From: Spirulina sp.
Lineage (GTDB): Bacteria; Cyanobacteriota; Cyanobacteriia; Phormidesmidales; Phormidesmidaceae
DNA: 64,000 nt
Assembly (NCBI GenBank): GCA_044070495.1
Contig: JBIPSI010000002.1
Location: 128,001-192,000, forward strand
Reading direction: 5' to 3'
Shown one piece after another: positions 52,775 through 63,600 of the stretch; the stretch's first letter is position 1; every line of letters starts with the position of its first letter. Below the pieces are notes generated by a model. It made no database searches. It saw only the letters and a program-made list of their open reading frames with translations, and had not been told where the DNA came from. The position numbers and the translations under genes were made by a program.

Positions 52775-54051
52775 CTCACCTCCTACTCAAACACTTCCGC
52801 AACTACCGCGAACAATCGGTTTCCTTCACCGCCCCCAAAACCATCGTGGTGGGGGAAAATGCCCAGGGCAAATCGAACCTGTTAGAGGCGGTGGAACTGC
52901 TGGCTACCCTCAAATCCCACCGCACCAGCCGAGATCGAGACTTGGTACAGCGAGATCAGCCCCTGGCCCAGGTCAGTGCCTCGATTCAGCGAGATTTAGG
53001 GCAGTCAGACCTCTCCCTCGTGCTGCGCTCAGCGGGACGACGCACCGCCATCCTCAATGGCGAAAAGCTGCGGCGACAGTTGGATAGTCTCGGCACCCTA
53101 AATGCGGTGCAGTTCTCTAGCCTGGATCTCAATCTGGTACGGGGTGGCCCTGGAGAGCGACGCACTTGGCTGGATACCCTACTGGTGCAGCTAGAGCCGA
53201 TCTACGCCCACATCCTCAGTCAGTACAACCAAGTCCTAAAACAGCGTAATGCCCTGATCAAGCGGCTTTATGGTGATGGGGATCTTGGCGCAGCCCCCGA
53301 CCACACCGAACTCGCCCTCTGGGATGCCCAACTCGCCACCCTAGGCACCCACGTTATGCGCCGCCGAACCAGGGCCATCCAACGCCTTGCCCCCCTCGCC
53401 CAGGAATGGCACCAAGCCATCAGCGGCCAGCGGGAGACCCTGCACCTCCACTACCAGCCCAACGTCCCCCTCCCAGATTCTCCAACTTCTCCGTACGGGC
53501 GCACCGCAGTGCGCCCCAACCCAGAGGTTCCCAACCCAGAGGCTCCCAATTCAGATGATCTCAATTCAGACGATCCCCCGTACGGGCGCACCGCAGTGCA
53601 CCCCAACCCAGAGGCTCCCAACCCTGGGCATTCTGCCCAGGGAGAGGCCCAGGGCATTCAGGCCAATTTTCTGGCCAAAATCCAGCAGCGGGCCATCGCA
53701 GAACAACACCAGCGCACCTCCCTGGTTGGCCCCCACCGGGATGACATTGACCTGATCATCAACGACACCCCCAGCCGCCAGTACGGTTCCCAGGGGCAGC
53801 AGCGCACCCTGGTGTTGGCCCTCAAGCTGGCGGAACTTCACCTGATTGAATCGGTGATTGGCGAGCCGCCCCTGCTGCTGTTGGATGATGTGCTGGCGGA
53901 ACTCGATCTCCACCGCCAAAATCAACTCCTAGAGGCGATTCAGGATCGGTTTCAAACCATCATCACCACCACCCATTTGGGGTCCTTTGATAGCCAGTGG
54001 ATGAATACCTCCCAAATTCTCACGGTGCGTCAGGGCCAAATTCTCGAATGA
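52765..54051 (+). CDS. recF: DNA replication/repair protein RecF (TTG start) with an in-frame repeat insertion
   Basis: [13 protein letters not shown] Walker A, GPHRDD, GSQGQQR and [11 protein letters not shown]. Confidence 0.95.
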   Translation: MHLTHLLLKHFRNYREQSVSFTAPKTIVVGENAQGKSNLLEAVELLATLKSHRTSRDRDLVQRDQPLAQVSASIQRDLGQSDLSLVLRSAGRRTAILNGEKLRRQLDSLGTLNAVQFSSLDLNLVRGGPGERRTWLDTLLVQLEPIYAHILSQYNQVLKQRNALIKRLYGDGDLGAAPDHTELALWDAQLATLGTHVMRRRTRAIQRLAPLAQEWHQAISGQRETLHLHYQPNVPLPDSPTSPYGRTAVRPNPEVPNPEAPNSDDLNSDDPPYGRTAVHPNPEAPNPGHSAQGEAQGIQANFLAKIQQRAIAEQHQRTSLVGPHRDDIDLIINDTPSRQYGSQGQQRTLVLALKLAELHLIESVIGEPPLLLLDDVLAELDLHRQNQLLEAIQDRFQTIITTTHLGSFDSQWMNTSQILTVRQGQILE

Positions 54052-54369
54052 GCCTTTATGTCGCGCATTTGCACATAGCGGATTTCACCGGAATGAGGCG
54101 CACTGGGAAGATCCAACCCTGTCAAGGGGGCTAACGATTCCCCAAACGCCCATAGACTCAGGGACTCCAGCCACGACCACCAGGTAATCAATTCCCTGGC
54201 TGATCGCAAATGTCTGCTAAAGCAGACCGGGGAATTCGGATCCCAATCCTCTTTAGAGGATTTCAGCCTTGAGCCAAGGACTTCTAGTCCTTGACTGATC
54301 TGCTGGATCTGAAGCCCCACAATGTGTAGCTCTCTGAACCAAGAACCGCCCTAGAGCAAGCCATGAACC

Positions 54370-55893
54370 ATGGATTCAATGGGTCATCAATTCAATGGGC
54401 CATCCTCTGAAAAACCATTTCATTGGTTCAATTTCCCCCATTTCGTCTACGATCCCATTCATTCCGGCCTGGTGGGAGGAGGAGTTATGGGACGACGGAT
54501 CGGCGGACGGTGGATCGGCGTCAGCGAGAGGTCTGCCATGGCGGTTGTGGGTTTGGCCACGGCGAGCTGGGTGGGCATTACGCTACCCGCCCTCAGTCCT
54601 GGCATGGAAATCTCGTCGCCCGAAGCGGCCCTATCGTCGCCGCCCCAGTCCTTAACGGATCTCTATCAGCTTCGGGATCAACTTCAGAATCAGCTTCAGG
54701 CCCCCCAGCCATCGCCACTGCCCTTATCCCTAGGGCAGCCTCCTAGGGGCAACCCCACAACCGTCACCACCCTTGATCCAGCGGATCAGCTTTGGGCTGT
54801 TCATCACCGCATTCGCCATGAGGAATTGGCCCAGAGCCTTTGGCAGCAAGCCGCTCGACAAGGGGATCAGGCCTATGCCCTGGGGGATGCCACCACCCTA
54901 CCCGATGAGATCGTTCCCGTAGCCTATGCCCAATGGCAACAGACCCTTTATACGCTCAGCCAGGTGCCGCCAACCTCTTTCGTAGCCCCCGCCGCCGCTA
55001 CCCAAGCCGCCCTCTACCGCCAGCAGTTAGCCACCCTAGCCTATCGCTACGACACCCTGCGGTCGGAGTTTTTGTTTACGATTGCGAATCAGGTCGGTGA
55101 TGCCTCACGGGTACGGATCACCGTGTGCAATCTTCAGCGGGAATGTCGGCGCTGGCAGGGAAACCGCCCCCCGGCAAACCCCGCCAGTCTGATCAAAGTT
55201 CCCGTAGCCGTAGCGCTGATGGCAAAGCTACAGCAGGAAGGGGTCGATCCCCAAGTCGGCCTGTGGGTTAACCCCAGCAACTGGACGGAGGATGCGGGCT
55301 GGATTCGGGTGCGGTCACAGTATGCCGTTGAACAGGTTATGGCCGACATGATTAGCCGTAGCGGCAACGTGGCGACCAACCAACTGATTGACTACCTGGG
55401 CTGGGAGGGGGTGAATCAATCCCTCCAAGCCCAGGGCTACACCTCCACCCGCATTACCACCAAACTGGTGGGCGACAAAACCTACCCCGCCAACCGAGGC
55501 TTTGCCCCCAACCAACTCACCACCGATGAACTGACGGACATGATGGTGGGGATTTATAACCAGGAATATCCTGGCAGCGATGCCATCCAAGCGGCCCTAG
55601 CCAACCAAGTAGATATTCGGCTGGGCAAAACCGCCCTACGGCCCCCAATGATTTGGCTGGGGGAAAAAACGGGCCGCAATTCCCAGGTGATTGGCAGCAC
55701 CACCGCCGTCCTGATTGGGGGGAAACCCTACATCATCACCGCCACTCTGGATCACAGCGGCAACGAAGCCGCCCTGCGTTCCGTTATGGCGGATGTTGCC
55801 GAACACATCCTGACCCACCACGGGTTTGATTCCCTGGGGCTAGCCTTCCCTCCCACCCAGCCGCCCCTCCCGTCACGGGCCTTCCTACCTTAG
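54370..55893 (+). CDS. Serine hydrolase, class A beta-lactamase-like (PBP-A type); start probably downstream
   Basis: PASLIK (SxxK), SGN (SxN) and EKTG motifs. Confidence 0.85.
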   Translation: MDSMGHQFNGPSSEKPFHWFNFPHFVYDPIHSGLVGGGVMGRRIGGRWIGVSERSAMAVVGLATASWVGITLPALSPGMEISSPEAALSSPPQSLTDLYQLRDQLQNQLQAPQPSPLPLSLGQPPRGNPTTVTTLDPADQLWAVHHRIRHEELAQSLWQQAARQGDQAYALGDATTLPDEIVPVAYAQWQQTLYTLSQVPPTSFVAPAAATQAALYRQQLATLAYRYDTLRSEFLFTIANQVGDASRVRITVCNLQRECRRWQGNRPPANPASLIKVPVAVALMAKLQQEGVDPQVGLWVNPSNWTEDAGWIRVRSQYAVEQVMADMISRSGNVATNQLIDYLGWEGVNQSLQAQGYTSTRITTKLVGDKTYPANRGFAPNQLTTDELTDMMVGIYNQEYPGSDAIQAALANQVDIRLGKTALRPPMIWLGEKTGRNSQVIGSTTAVLIGGKPYIITATLDHSGNEAALRSVMADVAEHILTHHGFDSLGLAFPPTQPPLPSRAFLP

Positions 55894-56106
55894 CTCACGA
55901 CCATCGCTACCCGATCCCGCCATTATCCCGACCGACCAAAGGTTCGCTCCACCTCCGAAGTAAAGGCCCAGGTCCTTTGTCCTGATCGCTGAATCTGATC
56001 GCTGAACGGGACTATTTTTTGCTGCGGGAGCAAAATTGTAACGAGAGTGGCGTCACGTAACTTAAAACTTCGTTAGCATTATTAATGACGAGCTTAAGTT
56101 TTATCA

Positions 56107-56664
56107 ATGACCCTCACTGCTCCACAACGCGTTCTATCCCTAGCTGGGCTAGCCCTTAAGCCCAACGCCTCTCCTCAGGCCTCCTTTCAGATTGCTTGGA
56201 CAATTCTGAGAATGGTGGCCGGAATCGTAATGATTCATAACGGTCTTGACAAACTTTCTAATATTGAGAGCTTTGCCGAGGCCTATGTAGCCTACTTAGG
56301 GTTGCCCTTCCCTATCACCCTCAGCTACCTCGCTGCTTTCACTGAACTGTTGGGAGCTCCCCTCGTTGCCCTAGGCTTGTTCACTCGCCCAGCCGCCCTA
56401 GGGTTGTTTTTCACCATGGTGGTGGCCATGTATCACCACATCAAGGTGGCGGGCTTGAGCATTCCCTACCTGGAACTGTCGGCCCTGTATGCGGCCACAT
56501 TCCTGTTCTTTGTGACAAATGGCGCTGGACGGTTCTCGGTGGACGCCTGGGTTACCCGCCGGATCACCGGGATGCAGACCGACCAAGCAGCGGATCAGCG
56601 GGAGTCCCTAGAAACGGCTTTCCAGCGCTCTGGTCTGCCCGAAGCCGAAACCCCCACTCGCTAG
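56107..56664 (+). CDS. DoxX family membrane protein
   Basis: LRMVAG…HNGLDK, GLFTRPAA and GAGRFSVD. Confidence 0.9.
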   Translation: MTLTAPQRVLSLAGLALKPNASPQASFQIAWTILRMVAGIVMIHNGLDKLSNIESFAEAYVAYLGLPFPITLSYLAAFTELLGAPLVALGLFTRPAALGLFFTMVVAMYHHIKVAGLSIPYLELSALYAATFLFFVTNGAGRFSVDAWVTRRITGMQTDQAADQRESLETAFQRSGLPEAETPTR

Positions 56665-56693
56665 GAGTCACTGATCGCCCCAAGGGCCTAGCC

Positions 56694-58202
56694 TCAGCGA
56701 CGGCCCAATAGCCAATAGGTTGCCATGGAGCCACGTCCTTTAACGACTACGTGGCCCCTTGGCTCAAACAAGAATTGATCCTTCAGTTTTTCGTACAGTT
56801 CCGGCGTCACCTGAATGCGCTGGGGTTCTCCGGTAGCCTCCATGCGGCTGGCTAGGTTGACTGTATCGCCCCAGAGATCGTAGGCGAATTTTCGTTTGCC
56901 AATCACGCCCGCCACCACTGGGCCAGTGCTAATGCCGATGCGAATCCTAAAGCCTTGACCATCGGGCCTAGGAAACCGCTGAATCGCATCCCGAATATCG
57001 ATGGCAAACTGGGCAATGGCGGCATCGTGGTTATCCTGGGGCGTGGGCAATCCTCCCGCCACCATATAGGCATCGCCAATGGTTTTGATCTTTTCGAGGT
57101 GGTAAACCTCCGCCAATTGGTCAAACATAGAAAAGACCTCATTGAGCAGTTTCACCAGGTGGCGAGGGCTCATTTCTGTCGAAGCTGCCGTAAAGTCCAC
57201 CAAATCCGCAAACAGCACACTGACATGGTCGAGACTTTCGGCGATGGTGCGCGACCCAGACTTTAGCCGTTGGGCAATGCGATAGGGCAGGATGTTGACC
57301 AATAATCGATCTGCCTGCTGCCGCTGTTGCCGCAGTTCATCCTCCATCTGGCGACGTTCGCTAATGTCGTGAACGATGCCCTCGTAGTAAAGAAGCTGGC
57401 CTTCCTCATCAAAGACGCGCCAAATGTCTTCACTGATCCAAAAGCGACTGCCGTCCTGGCGAAAAACCTCAGACTCAGCGTCGGTAATTTTGTCAAAACG
57501 GCCTAGGTAAACCATCAACTCCTCCCGCCGCTTTGACTGCACGTAGATCTGACGGCCAATATTCTCCACAGCGGCGATCATGGTTTCGGCGGAGTCATAA
57601 CCGAAGAGACGCGCCATGGAGGGATTAACGCTGAGAAACTGGCCACCTGCACTGGCCTTAAAGATGCCAACGGTCGAATTTTCAAAGATACTACGGTAAT
57701 TCAGTTCCGCGACCTGTCGGGCTTTTTCGATCCGGACGCGCTCCTCAACTTCCCGCTGAAGCTGATAGTTTTTTTGGTAAAGCTGCCGCCGCTGCTGGGC
57801 TAGATAAATCTGGTTTTGCACCCGCACCAGCACCTCTTGCACCGCAAAGGGCTTAGCAATATAGTCAGCGGCCCCCGATTGAAAGGCCTTCACCTTATCC
57901 AAGGAATCGGCCAAAGAACTCAGAAAAATGACCGGAATATCCCGAGTCGCTGGATTTTTCTTAATCTGTTGGCATAGGCTGTAGCCATCTAAGTCAGGCA
58001 ACACAATGTCCAACAAAATCAGATCAGGAGGTTGCTCAGCAATCGTGGCGAGCCCAACCTCTGCGTTGGCGGCTTCGCGTAGCCGATAGCCCTGCTGGGT
58101 CAACAATCGAGATAGAAGACGCCGCGTATCTCCGTCATCGTCAATAATGACTAGATCTATCGATGGAGGGGCGAGATCAAGCGATGGAGCCGCGTCTTTC
58201 AC
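56694..58202 (-). CDS. Receiver-PAS-class III adenylate/guanylate cyclase
   Basis: PDLILLD receiver, PAS domain, LFADLVDFT, KIKTIGDAYM and YDLWGDTVNLASRME (K/D residues of the adenylate type). Confidence 0.93.
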   Translation of the reverse strand: MKDAAPSLDLAPPSIDLVIIDDDGDTRRLLSRLLTQQGYRLREAANAEVGLATIAEQPPDLILLDIVLPDLDGYSLCQQIKKNPATRDIPVIFLSSLADSLDKVKAFQSGAADYIAKPFAVQEVLVRVQNQIYLAQQRRQLYQKNYQLQREVEERVRIEKARQVAELNYRSIFENSTVGIFKASAGGQFLSVNPSMARLFGYDSAETMIAAVENIGRQIYVQSKRREELMVYLGRFDKITDAESEVFRQDGSRFWISEDIWRVFDEEGQLLYYEGIVHDISERRQMEDELRQQRQQADRLLVNILPYRIAQRLKSGSRTIAESLDHVSVLFADLVDFTAASTEMSPRHLVKLLNEVFSMFDQLAEVYHLEKIKTIGDAYMVAGGLPTPQDNHDAAIAQFAIDIRDAIQRFPRPDGQGFRIRIGISTGPVVAGVIGKRKFAYDLWGDTVNLASRMEATGEPQRIQVTPELYEKLKDQFLFEPRGHVVVKGRGSMATYWLLGRR

Positions 58203-58350
58203 TCAGAACAATCTACCCAGCGAGTTGAAGTTTAACGCAAGACCTAGACAGAGACGCATCCGTGGGACACACAGACTTGCCTTTCCTGTCTGGCTATCCT
58301 ACTGGTCAAGTCCAGCCTGGTCAAGCTTAGCTAGAGTAAGCATATCAATG

Positions 58351-59436
58351 CTAACGGATCCGGAGACTTTGTCCCGTATTTCGGTAACCACTGACAAAGC
58401 CCTGGCGAAACACCACCTCACTATCCCCAAACTGCCAAATTTCCTCACAGCGATTATCGTTACGAGTAATGGCGCTAGGGGGCTGCTGCTGCACCCTCAA
58501 AACTTCTCCCCGACTCGATCCAATGGTCCACTGGTCAGGGGAAGAGGCCGGTAGGGCAGACTCCGCTAGGGTCAAAGACACCTTGAGGATGCGATCAACA
58601 TCCAGGTAGCCAATTACGTAATCGTCCTCAAACAGCACAGAGCTTTGGCCAAAATAAAGCGTATAGTGACGATCTGAAGCATAATATTGCTCCGTGCGGG
58701 ACGGTGCCCCCTCAATCCGAAGCACCTCCGACTGGTGACTCCCCATGGTCCAACTCTGGGGAGTAGCCTGGGTCGATTGTACCAGCGGTGCATCGGCTAA
58801 ACTACGCAGATTCCCCTCAAGGTTGGCGTACTGCCTCACATAACCGTTCTTGAGATCGACTGTGCTGTTACCGTAGTGCAGAATTTCTTGGCAGGAGGCA
58901 TCATACCGCAGCACCCGGGACGGGACACCTTGAATCGCCACCACCCAGTCTCGATCTGACCCCACCGTCCAGTACGTCGGATCCGCTGGGGCACGGGGGG
59001 GACGACTGCGGACATTGCTCTCCGCATACTGGGCATTGCGGCTATATTCAGCAATTTTTTGATCGGCGATGGCATAGTTAGGATGGTTCTTGGGCACCGC
59101 CTTCAGGGCTGTGGTAGCTTGCTGCCAGAGCCACAAAACCTCTACCCACTCCTCCTGAAATTCCGCCGTTTGAGTCAATTCGGCAGCCGCCATGGCCTGG
59201 TGAGTGGCCTTTTGGAAAGGATCATCCGTTTCCAAAGACGTTGTATCGGCTCGCCTTGGCCAAGACCAAGGCGTTTCTGACCAGACAAATAAAGCCGTTG
59301 CCCCCCCAATCCCGACGGCTATACCCAAGAGCCCCCAAGTGACGCGCTCAATCAAGGTTTGCCCCCGCCGCCGTAACTGCACGGTGTAGAGGGCTTGGGG
59401 TTGATCGCCTTCCAGTTCAGGATGATGATGGGGCAT
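58351..59436 (-). CDS. Membrane-anchored hypothetical protein with three tandem BamE/SmpA-like repeats
   Basis: TM segment, then repeats WTVGSDRDWVVAIQGVP, WTMGSHQSEVLRIEGAP and WTIGSSRGEVLRVQQQPP. Confidence 0.7.
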   Translation of the reverse strand: MPHHHPELEGDQPQALYTVQLRRRGQTLIERVTWGLLGIAVGIGGATALFVWSETPWSWPRRADTTSLETDDPFQKATHQAMAAAELTQTAEFQEEWVEVLWLWQQATTALKAVPKNHPNYAIADQKIAEYSRNAQYAESNVRSRPPRAPADPTYWTVGSDRDWVVAIQGVPSRVLRYDASCQEILHYGNSTVDLKNGYVRQYANLEGNLRSLADAPLVQSTQATPQSWTMGSHQSEVLRIEGAPSRTEQYYASDRHYTLYFGQSSVLFEDDYVIGYLDVDRILKVSLTLAESALPASSPDQWTIGSSRGEVLRVQQQPPSAITRNDNRCEEIWQFGDSEVVFRQGFVSGYRNTGQSLRIR

Positions 59437-59557
59437 AGGACGGCAACATTGGAGGCACGCAGATAGACATGGAGGAATGCTTGGGACGATAACGCTTTCT
59501 TAATTCAGCGATTTACCAGAGTCAGCGAACAGCTAGGGGCTATTGTCTGTACTAGCG

Positions 59558-60871
59558 CTAGCTATCTATCGCCCAACGAGAGTCTGACGACCAGAGATCC
59601 ACCCCACGGGTCAAGCGTTCAAAATCGCAGTTAACCGATAACGTCACAGCAATAAACAACACCCAACCAAGAGAATTCTGACTAATTAAGGCTGTCTCCG
59701 TAAGGTTCACAATAACGGTATACACGAGGAGGGCCAATGGCCACACATAAACCCAGTTAAATTGATGCCGAAGGATGAAGACAATCTTGATAATCGAGTT
59801 CCAAAGTAGCAGGAAGAATAGCGAAAATCCCACAAAACCAAGATCAAGCCAAAGATCCAAAAAACCATTGTGAGAACTTGGAACACGCCAACGAACGGCC
59901 AAAATCATATCTAAGGACTCTCCATTTAAGCCGTGCCAAAACCCGTTGAAACCATACCCCAGCCAGGGCCGTTCTTGGATTTTGGCAAGGCTCATAGGCC
60001 AAATATCGGTTCTCCCAGTCAGCGTCATATCTTTACCCAGTGCCTCCACAACCGCCTGGGCCATTGGTAGAAACCACTGAGTTAGTGCAAAGATAACCGC
60101 AGCTAACAGCAGCAATGAGAAAATAAGGTCTTTCCCACGGAGTTGAATAACCTGTGTTGAAAGCACAATGGACATCAACATGATCCCATTGAGCAGCGAA
60201 GAAGACGAATCAGACAAGATCACTAGCGCAAAGCTCGAGCCCACGCCAACCCATGGCCACCAATTTCCAGGCCTTGCGCTCTTCGCATAGATCAAGAAAG
60301 CTGCAACACTCAGAACCATGGCCTTTCCAAACATATTCTTATGGGTATAAATCCCTCGCATAGACCCTGCGTGAACTCCACCCATCACTCCATACTTAGG
60401 TAACAGAATGATAAAAAAGATACTCAGAACGATAGAAAGGCCAAACATATAACATATTAGCCTCAGTTGTTCCCTTAGGGTAAATCGACTGGCCAGGTAA
60501 ATACCAAAAAATGTAGTACCAATCATACGCATGGAGGCCGCAATCGTTTGATCAGGCATAGCTGACCAGAAATAGGATATTGGCAGAAGCGCCATTAGCG
60601 CAAAGAAAAGATAATGACCGTTAAGAAACTGTATAGTTTTTCTCCACCTTAACGCTAGGAGAGCCGTAACCGTTAGATAGTTCAACAGGAAGCAAAGCCG
60701 GTTGAGGGTGAAGTCAGCGGTGCTAAGGTCAAAACCATCCCCCTCGCTAGCACCACCCGTTAACACGACAGGCAGCAACGCAGCAGAATATAAGAAGAGT
60801 GACAGTACGGTAAAAACCTTCTCGAACCTGTCCAGCCAGTTCTTCAGATTGATATGACTTAAGTAATCCAT
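59558..60871 (-). CDS. O-antigen ligase / Wzy-type polymerase (ExoQ-like)
   Basis: Multi-TM protein with GIYTHKN, TLTGRTDIW, RPWLGYG and SHNGFLD. Confidence 0.9.
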   Translation of the reverse strand: MDYLSHINLKNWLDRFEKVFTVLSLFLYSAALLPVVLTGGASEGDGFDLSTADFTLNRLCFLLNYLTVTALLALRWRKTIQFLNGHYLFFALMALLPISYFWSAMPDQTIAASMRMIGTTFFGIYLASRFTLREQLRLICYMFGLSIVLSIFFIILLPKYGVMGGVHAGSMRGIYTHKNMFGKAMVLSVAAFLIYAKSARPGNWWPWVGVGSSFALVILSDSSSSLLNGIMLMSIVLSTQVIQLRGKDLIFSLLLLAAVIFALTQWFLPMAQAVVEALGKDMTLTGRTDIWPMSLAKIQERPWLGYGFNGFWHGLNGESLDMILAVRWRVPSSHNGFLDLWLDLGFVGFSLFFLLLWNSIIKIVFILRHQFNWVYVWPLALLVYTVIVNLTETALISQNSLGWVLFIAVTLSVNCDFERLTRGVDLWSSDSRWAIDS

Positions 60872-61110
60872 AGAATAAATCCAACAACATCAAAATATTT
60901 TTTATCGAAGCCGACGTGCATCCAAGTTGGATATTATGACTATTGACTCACTCTAAAGCTCTTAATCTAAAGAATTCCAGAGTAACCCTACCAGTTTGTT
61001 CCAGATAATTAACAGCTTACGGTGTATCCATGGTTGTTTTTTCAATCTGAATTTGAAGATCTTGACGACGATGAGATAAACATAGATTTCTCTGAAAAAA
61101 GCACCTATTT

Positions 61111-62445
61111 TTACGGGGAAAGATCATCCTTTGGGAGGGAAGATGAAGCAGTTCCAGCTTGGCTTTGATGGGCTGTTTTTTTTACGATACAGGCAATGAC
61201 CAAGAGCAACAGAATGAGCTTAGTCGATTCAGACGCTAAAGTTGCCCAGGTTGCGCCACGCCAGGAAAAAGCTGGAATCAACCAAAGATTTAACAAAATA
61301 TTAAAGCCCGCAGCGAAGGTTTGTACCGCACTCCTTAATCCTTGATAGTTAGAACCGCTTAAAATATCACCCAACATCTTCTGGGTAACAATCATGAACG
61401 GTAGCGGGGCGAACCACTTAAGAAGTTCGGTGGATTCTCGAAACTCCTGACCTAAGACCACGGGCGCGAGCGGAGAAAACAAAACTAACCCAACACCTGC
61501 GAACCCACCATACATAGCCAAGAAGGGGAAAAGCTTTCGAGCGAAATTGATTCCACCTCGAATACCAGAGGCTCCGTGCTGGAAGAATTTGGAGTAGGCA
61601 GAATCGGTTACAGCGGAAATCGCATACCAACTGAGATCTAGAAATCGGTAAGAAGCACCATACAACCCCGTTGCCTCTAGGGTAGACATACTCGCCAGCA
61701 TAGTTTTATCAACGTTGCTATTGACAAAGTCAGCACTATTACTAATAGAAAAGAAGAAGCCCTGCTGAAGCTCAGCGACGAGACGTTTCAATGAAAAGCT
61801 GGGCCAACTTAACCACTGAACGGCTAGCCCCACGGCCAGCAGAGCGGTTAACATAGTGCTTAAAAAATATAGCCCAGCCCAGGCCGTCACATTGATCTTA
61901 GGAATAACACTCACTAGCAGTAGAACCGCTATCAACTTTGACACAGCCAGTGCTATGCGAAGTAACGCCGTTAGAAAAGACATATCGAGCGCAAGGAAAG
62001 CAGCACTACTCATGTGCACAATCGGTAGGCCAGCCAAGTCTGCAAGGAAAATCAGGAAAACCACAAGAGATGTGACTCTCTCTTGGAGAAATATGGGCAC
62101 AATCAGGGCCGCAAGGCTGGATATAAGAAGACTGAAAACCGTCGTAATTAGTAAGGCATTTCCCCAGTAAATGGCAAATAGAGATCGATCTCTAGCAATA
62201 TATTTCACCAAGATAGAAACACTGCCCCAAGTGGCAAAGGGCCCAAAAATAGCCGTGAGTGCTGCTACCCCTACGTAGGCACCGTAATCAGATGTGCCCA
62301 GTCCACGGGCCAATACCACAAAATAAAGAACCTGAACACTAATAGTAATAGCCTGAGCTAACAGCATCCAGGATGAGCGTTTAAACAGAGACTTTTGGCT
62401 CAGCTCTGAAAGTTTTTCTTTAAGTCTTTGAATGATCTGAACCAT
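61111..62445 (-). CDS. Polysaccharide flippase (Wzx)
   Basis: LARGLGTSDYG, about 12 TMs, DKTML…GLYGASYR and LNLWLIP. Confidence 0.88.
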   Translation of the reverse strand: MVQIIQRLKEKLSELSQKSLFKRSSWMLLAQAITISVQVLYFVVLARGLGTSDYGAYVGVAALTAIFGPFATWGSVSILVKYIARDRSLFAIYWGNALLITTVFSLLISSLAALIVPIFLQERVTSLVVFLIFLADLAGLPIVHMSSAAFLALDMSFLTALLRIALAVSKLIAVLLLVSVIPKINVTAWAGLYFLSTMLTALLAVGLAVQWLSWPSFSLKRLVAELQQGFFFSISNSADFVNSNVDKTMLASMSTLEATGLYGASYRFLDLSWYAISAVTDSAYSKFFQHGASGIRGGINFARKLFPFLAMYGGFAGVGLVLFSPLAPVVLGQEFRESTELLKWFAPLPFMIVTQKMLGDILSGSNYQGLRSAVQTFAAGFNILLNLWLIPAFSWRGATWATLASESTKLILLLLVIACIVKKTAHQSQAGTASSSLPKDDLSP

Positions 62446-62474
62446 AGAATTTAGTCCTGAATTAGGGTTATGCG

Positions 62475-63509
62475 TTACCTCAAGAAATCATTCAATACCC
62501 GTTCCATAGCGCGACCTCTCGCCTCGGGAGAAAAGTGCTCTTTCGCGTAGGCCCTAGCGGCCTGACTCATGTACTGTCTTAACTCAGCATCATTCCATAG
62601 AAGTAGAATCGCTTCAGCCATGCTATCGACAGAGTTTGGTTCTATCAGCAGGCCAGTCTCCCTATGGATAACATAATCTTCCGCTCCAGCTCCTTGGGTG
62701 ACGACTAACGGACAGCCAATTTCCATCGCCTCTACAATGGCCCTAAACCCAGCGCTAGAGGTATCTTGAGTGATCTGAAGGGGGACAACATCGATGCGAG
62801 CTTTGGCAATCTGTTCCCAACACTCATATCGATTAATATCAAAGGGTGTTTGGACATGCTTTGGAATCTCAATCTCCTTGAGGGCTGGACGACTGCTTGC
62901 AATAACTGCAGGCAACTTTAGTTTTTCAATGGCCTGAATAAATGTAGGGTAATCACGTAATGCAGAGCCAAGGGCGATGACGAACGGGCTTTCATTATCT
63001 TCTTGCCAAGCTAAACCGCTTTCATCATAGTATTGATACAGCACATCGAAGCGCTCAATCGGCAACCCCAGATACTCGCTATAAATTTTGCGCTCATGCT
63101 GGCAAAAGACACCGAAACGATCAATTTTAGCTAACGCAAAGCGAGCAATTTTTTGGTGAATTCCGCCTCGTAGATGAGCAATAGTGAAATCTAGAGCCAC
63201 AACGGGCTTTCGGTTCATAAAGGGTAGACGCTTTAGCAACCCCATTGCTGTCGGCAACTGCACCAGCAATGTAATCACGCCATCACTATCCTGGGAGGTC
63301 AGGAGTTGAAAAGCTTGCTTGAAGCAAGTCAACCATTCACCAAGGGACGTATACTTATTTGTGCGGTTTGTGTAGTTGATGTATGGCTCCTTGCGCCAAA
63401 CAATTTTAGTGACGTGATGATCACTTCTCAGGAGATTTTCAATGTAACGAAAGGGCTCGGGGTTTGGTTGCGTTAGAATTGGCGACGCAATCAACCATCT
63501 CATTTTCAT
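62475..63509 (-). CDS. GT4 family glycosyltransferase
   Basis: RDYPT and AIVEAMEIGCPLVVT…ETGLLIEP. Confidence 0.88.
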   Translation of the reverse strand: MKMRWLIASPILTQPNPEPFRYIENLLRSDHHVTKIVWRKEPYINYTNRTNKYTSLGEWLTCFKQAFQLLTSQDSDGVITLLVQLPTAMGLLKRLPFMNRKPVVALDFTIAHLRGGIHQKIARFALAKIDRFGVFCQHERKIYSEYLGLPIERFDVLYQYYDESGLAWQEDNESPFVIALGSALRDYPTFIQAIEKLKLPAVIASSRPALKEIEIPKHVQTPFDINRYECWEQIAKARIDVVPLQITQDTSSAGFRAIVEAMEIGCPLVVTQGAGAEDYVIHRETGLLIEPNSVDSMAEAILLLWNDAELRQYMSQAARAYAKEHFSPEARGRAMERVLNDFLR

Positions 63510-63600
63510 GTACTTATAATTCTCCCAGAAACCAAGCCTACGTAGAACAATTGTAACTGGCGATCAACAAATCTAGTGATGGCTAAGAATATGCTGATGA

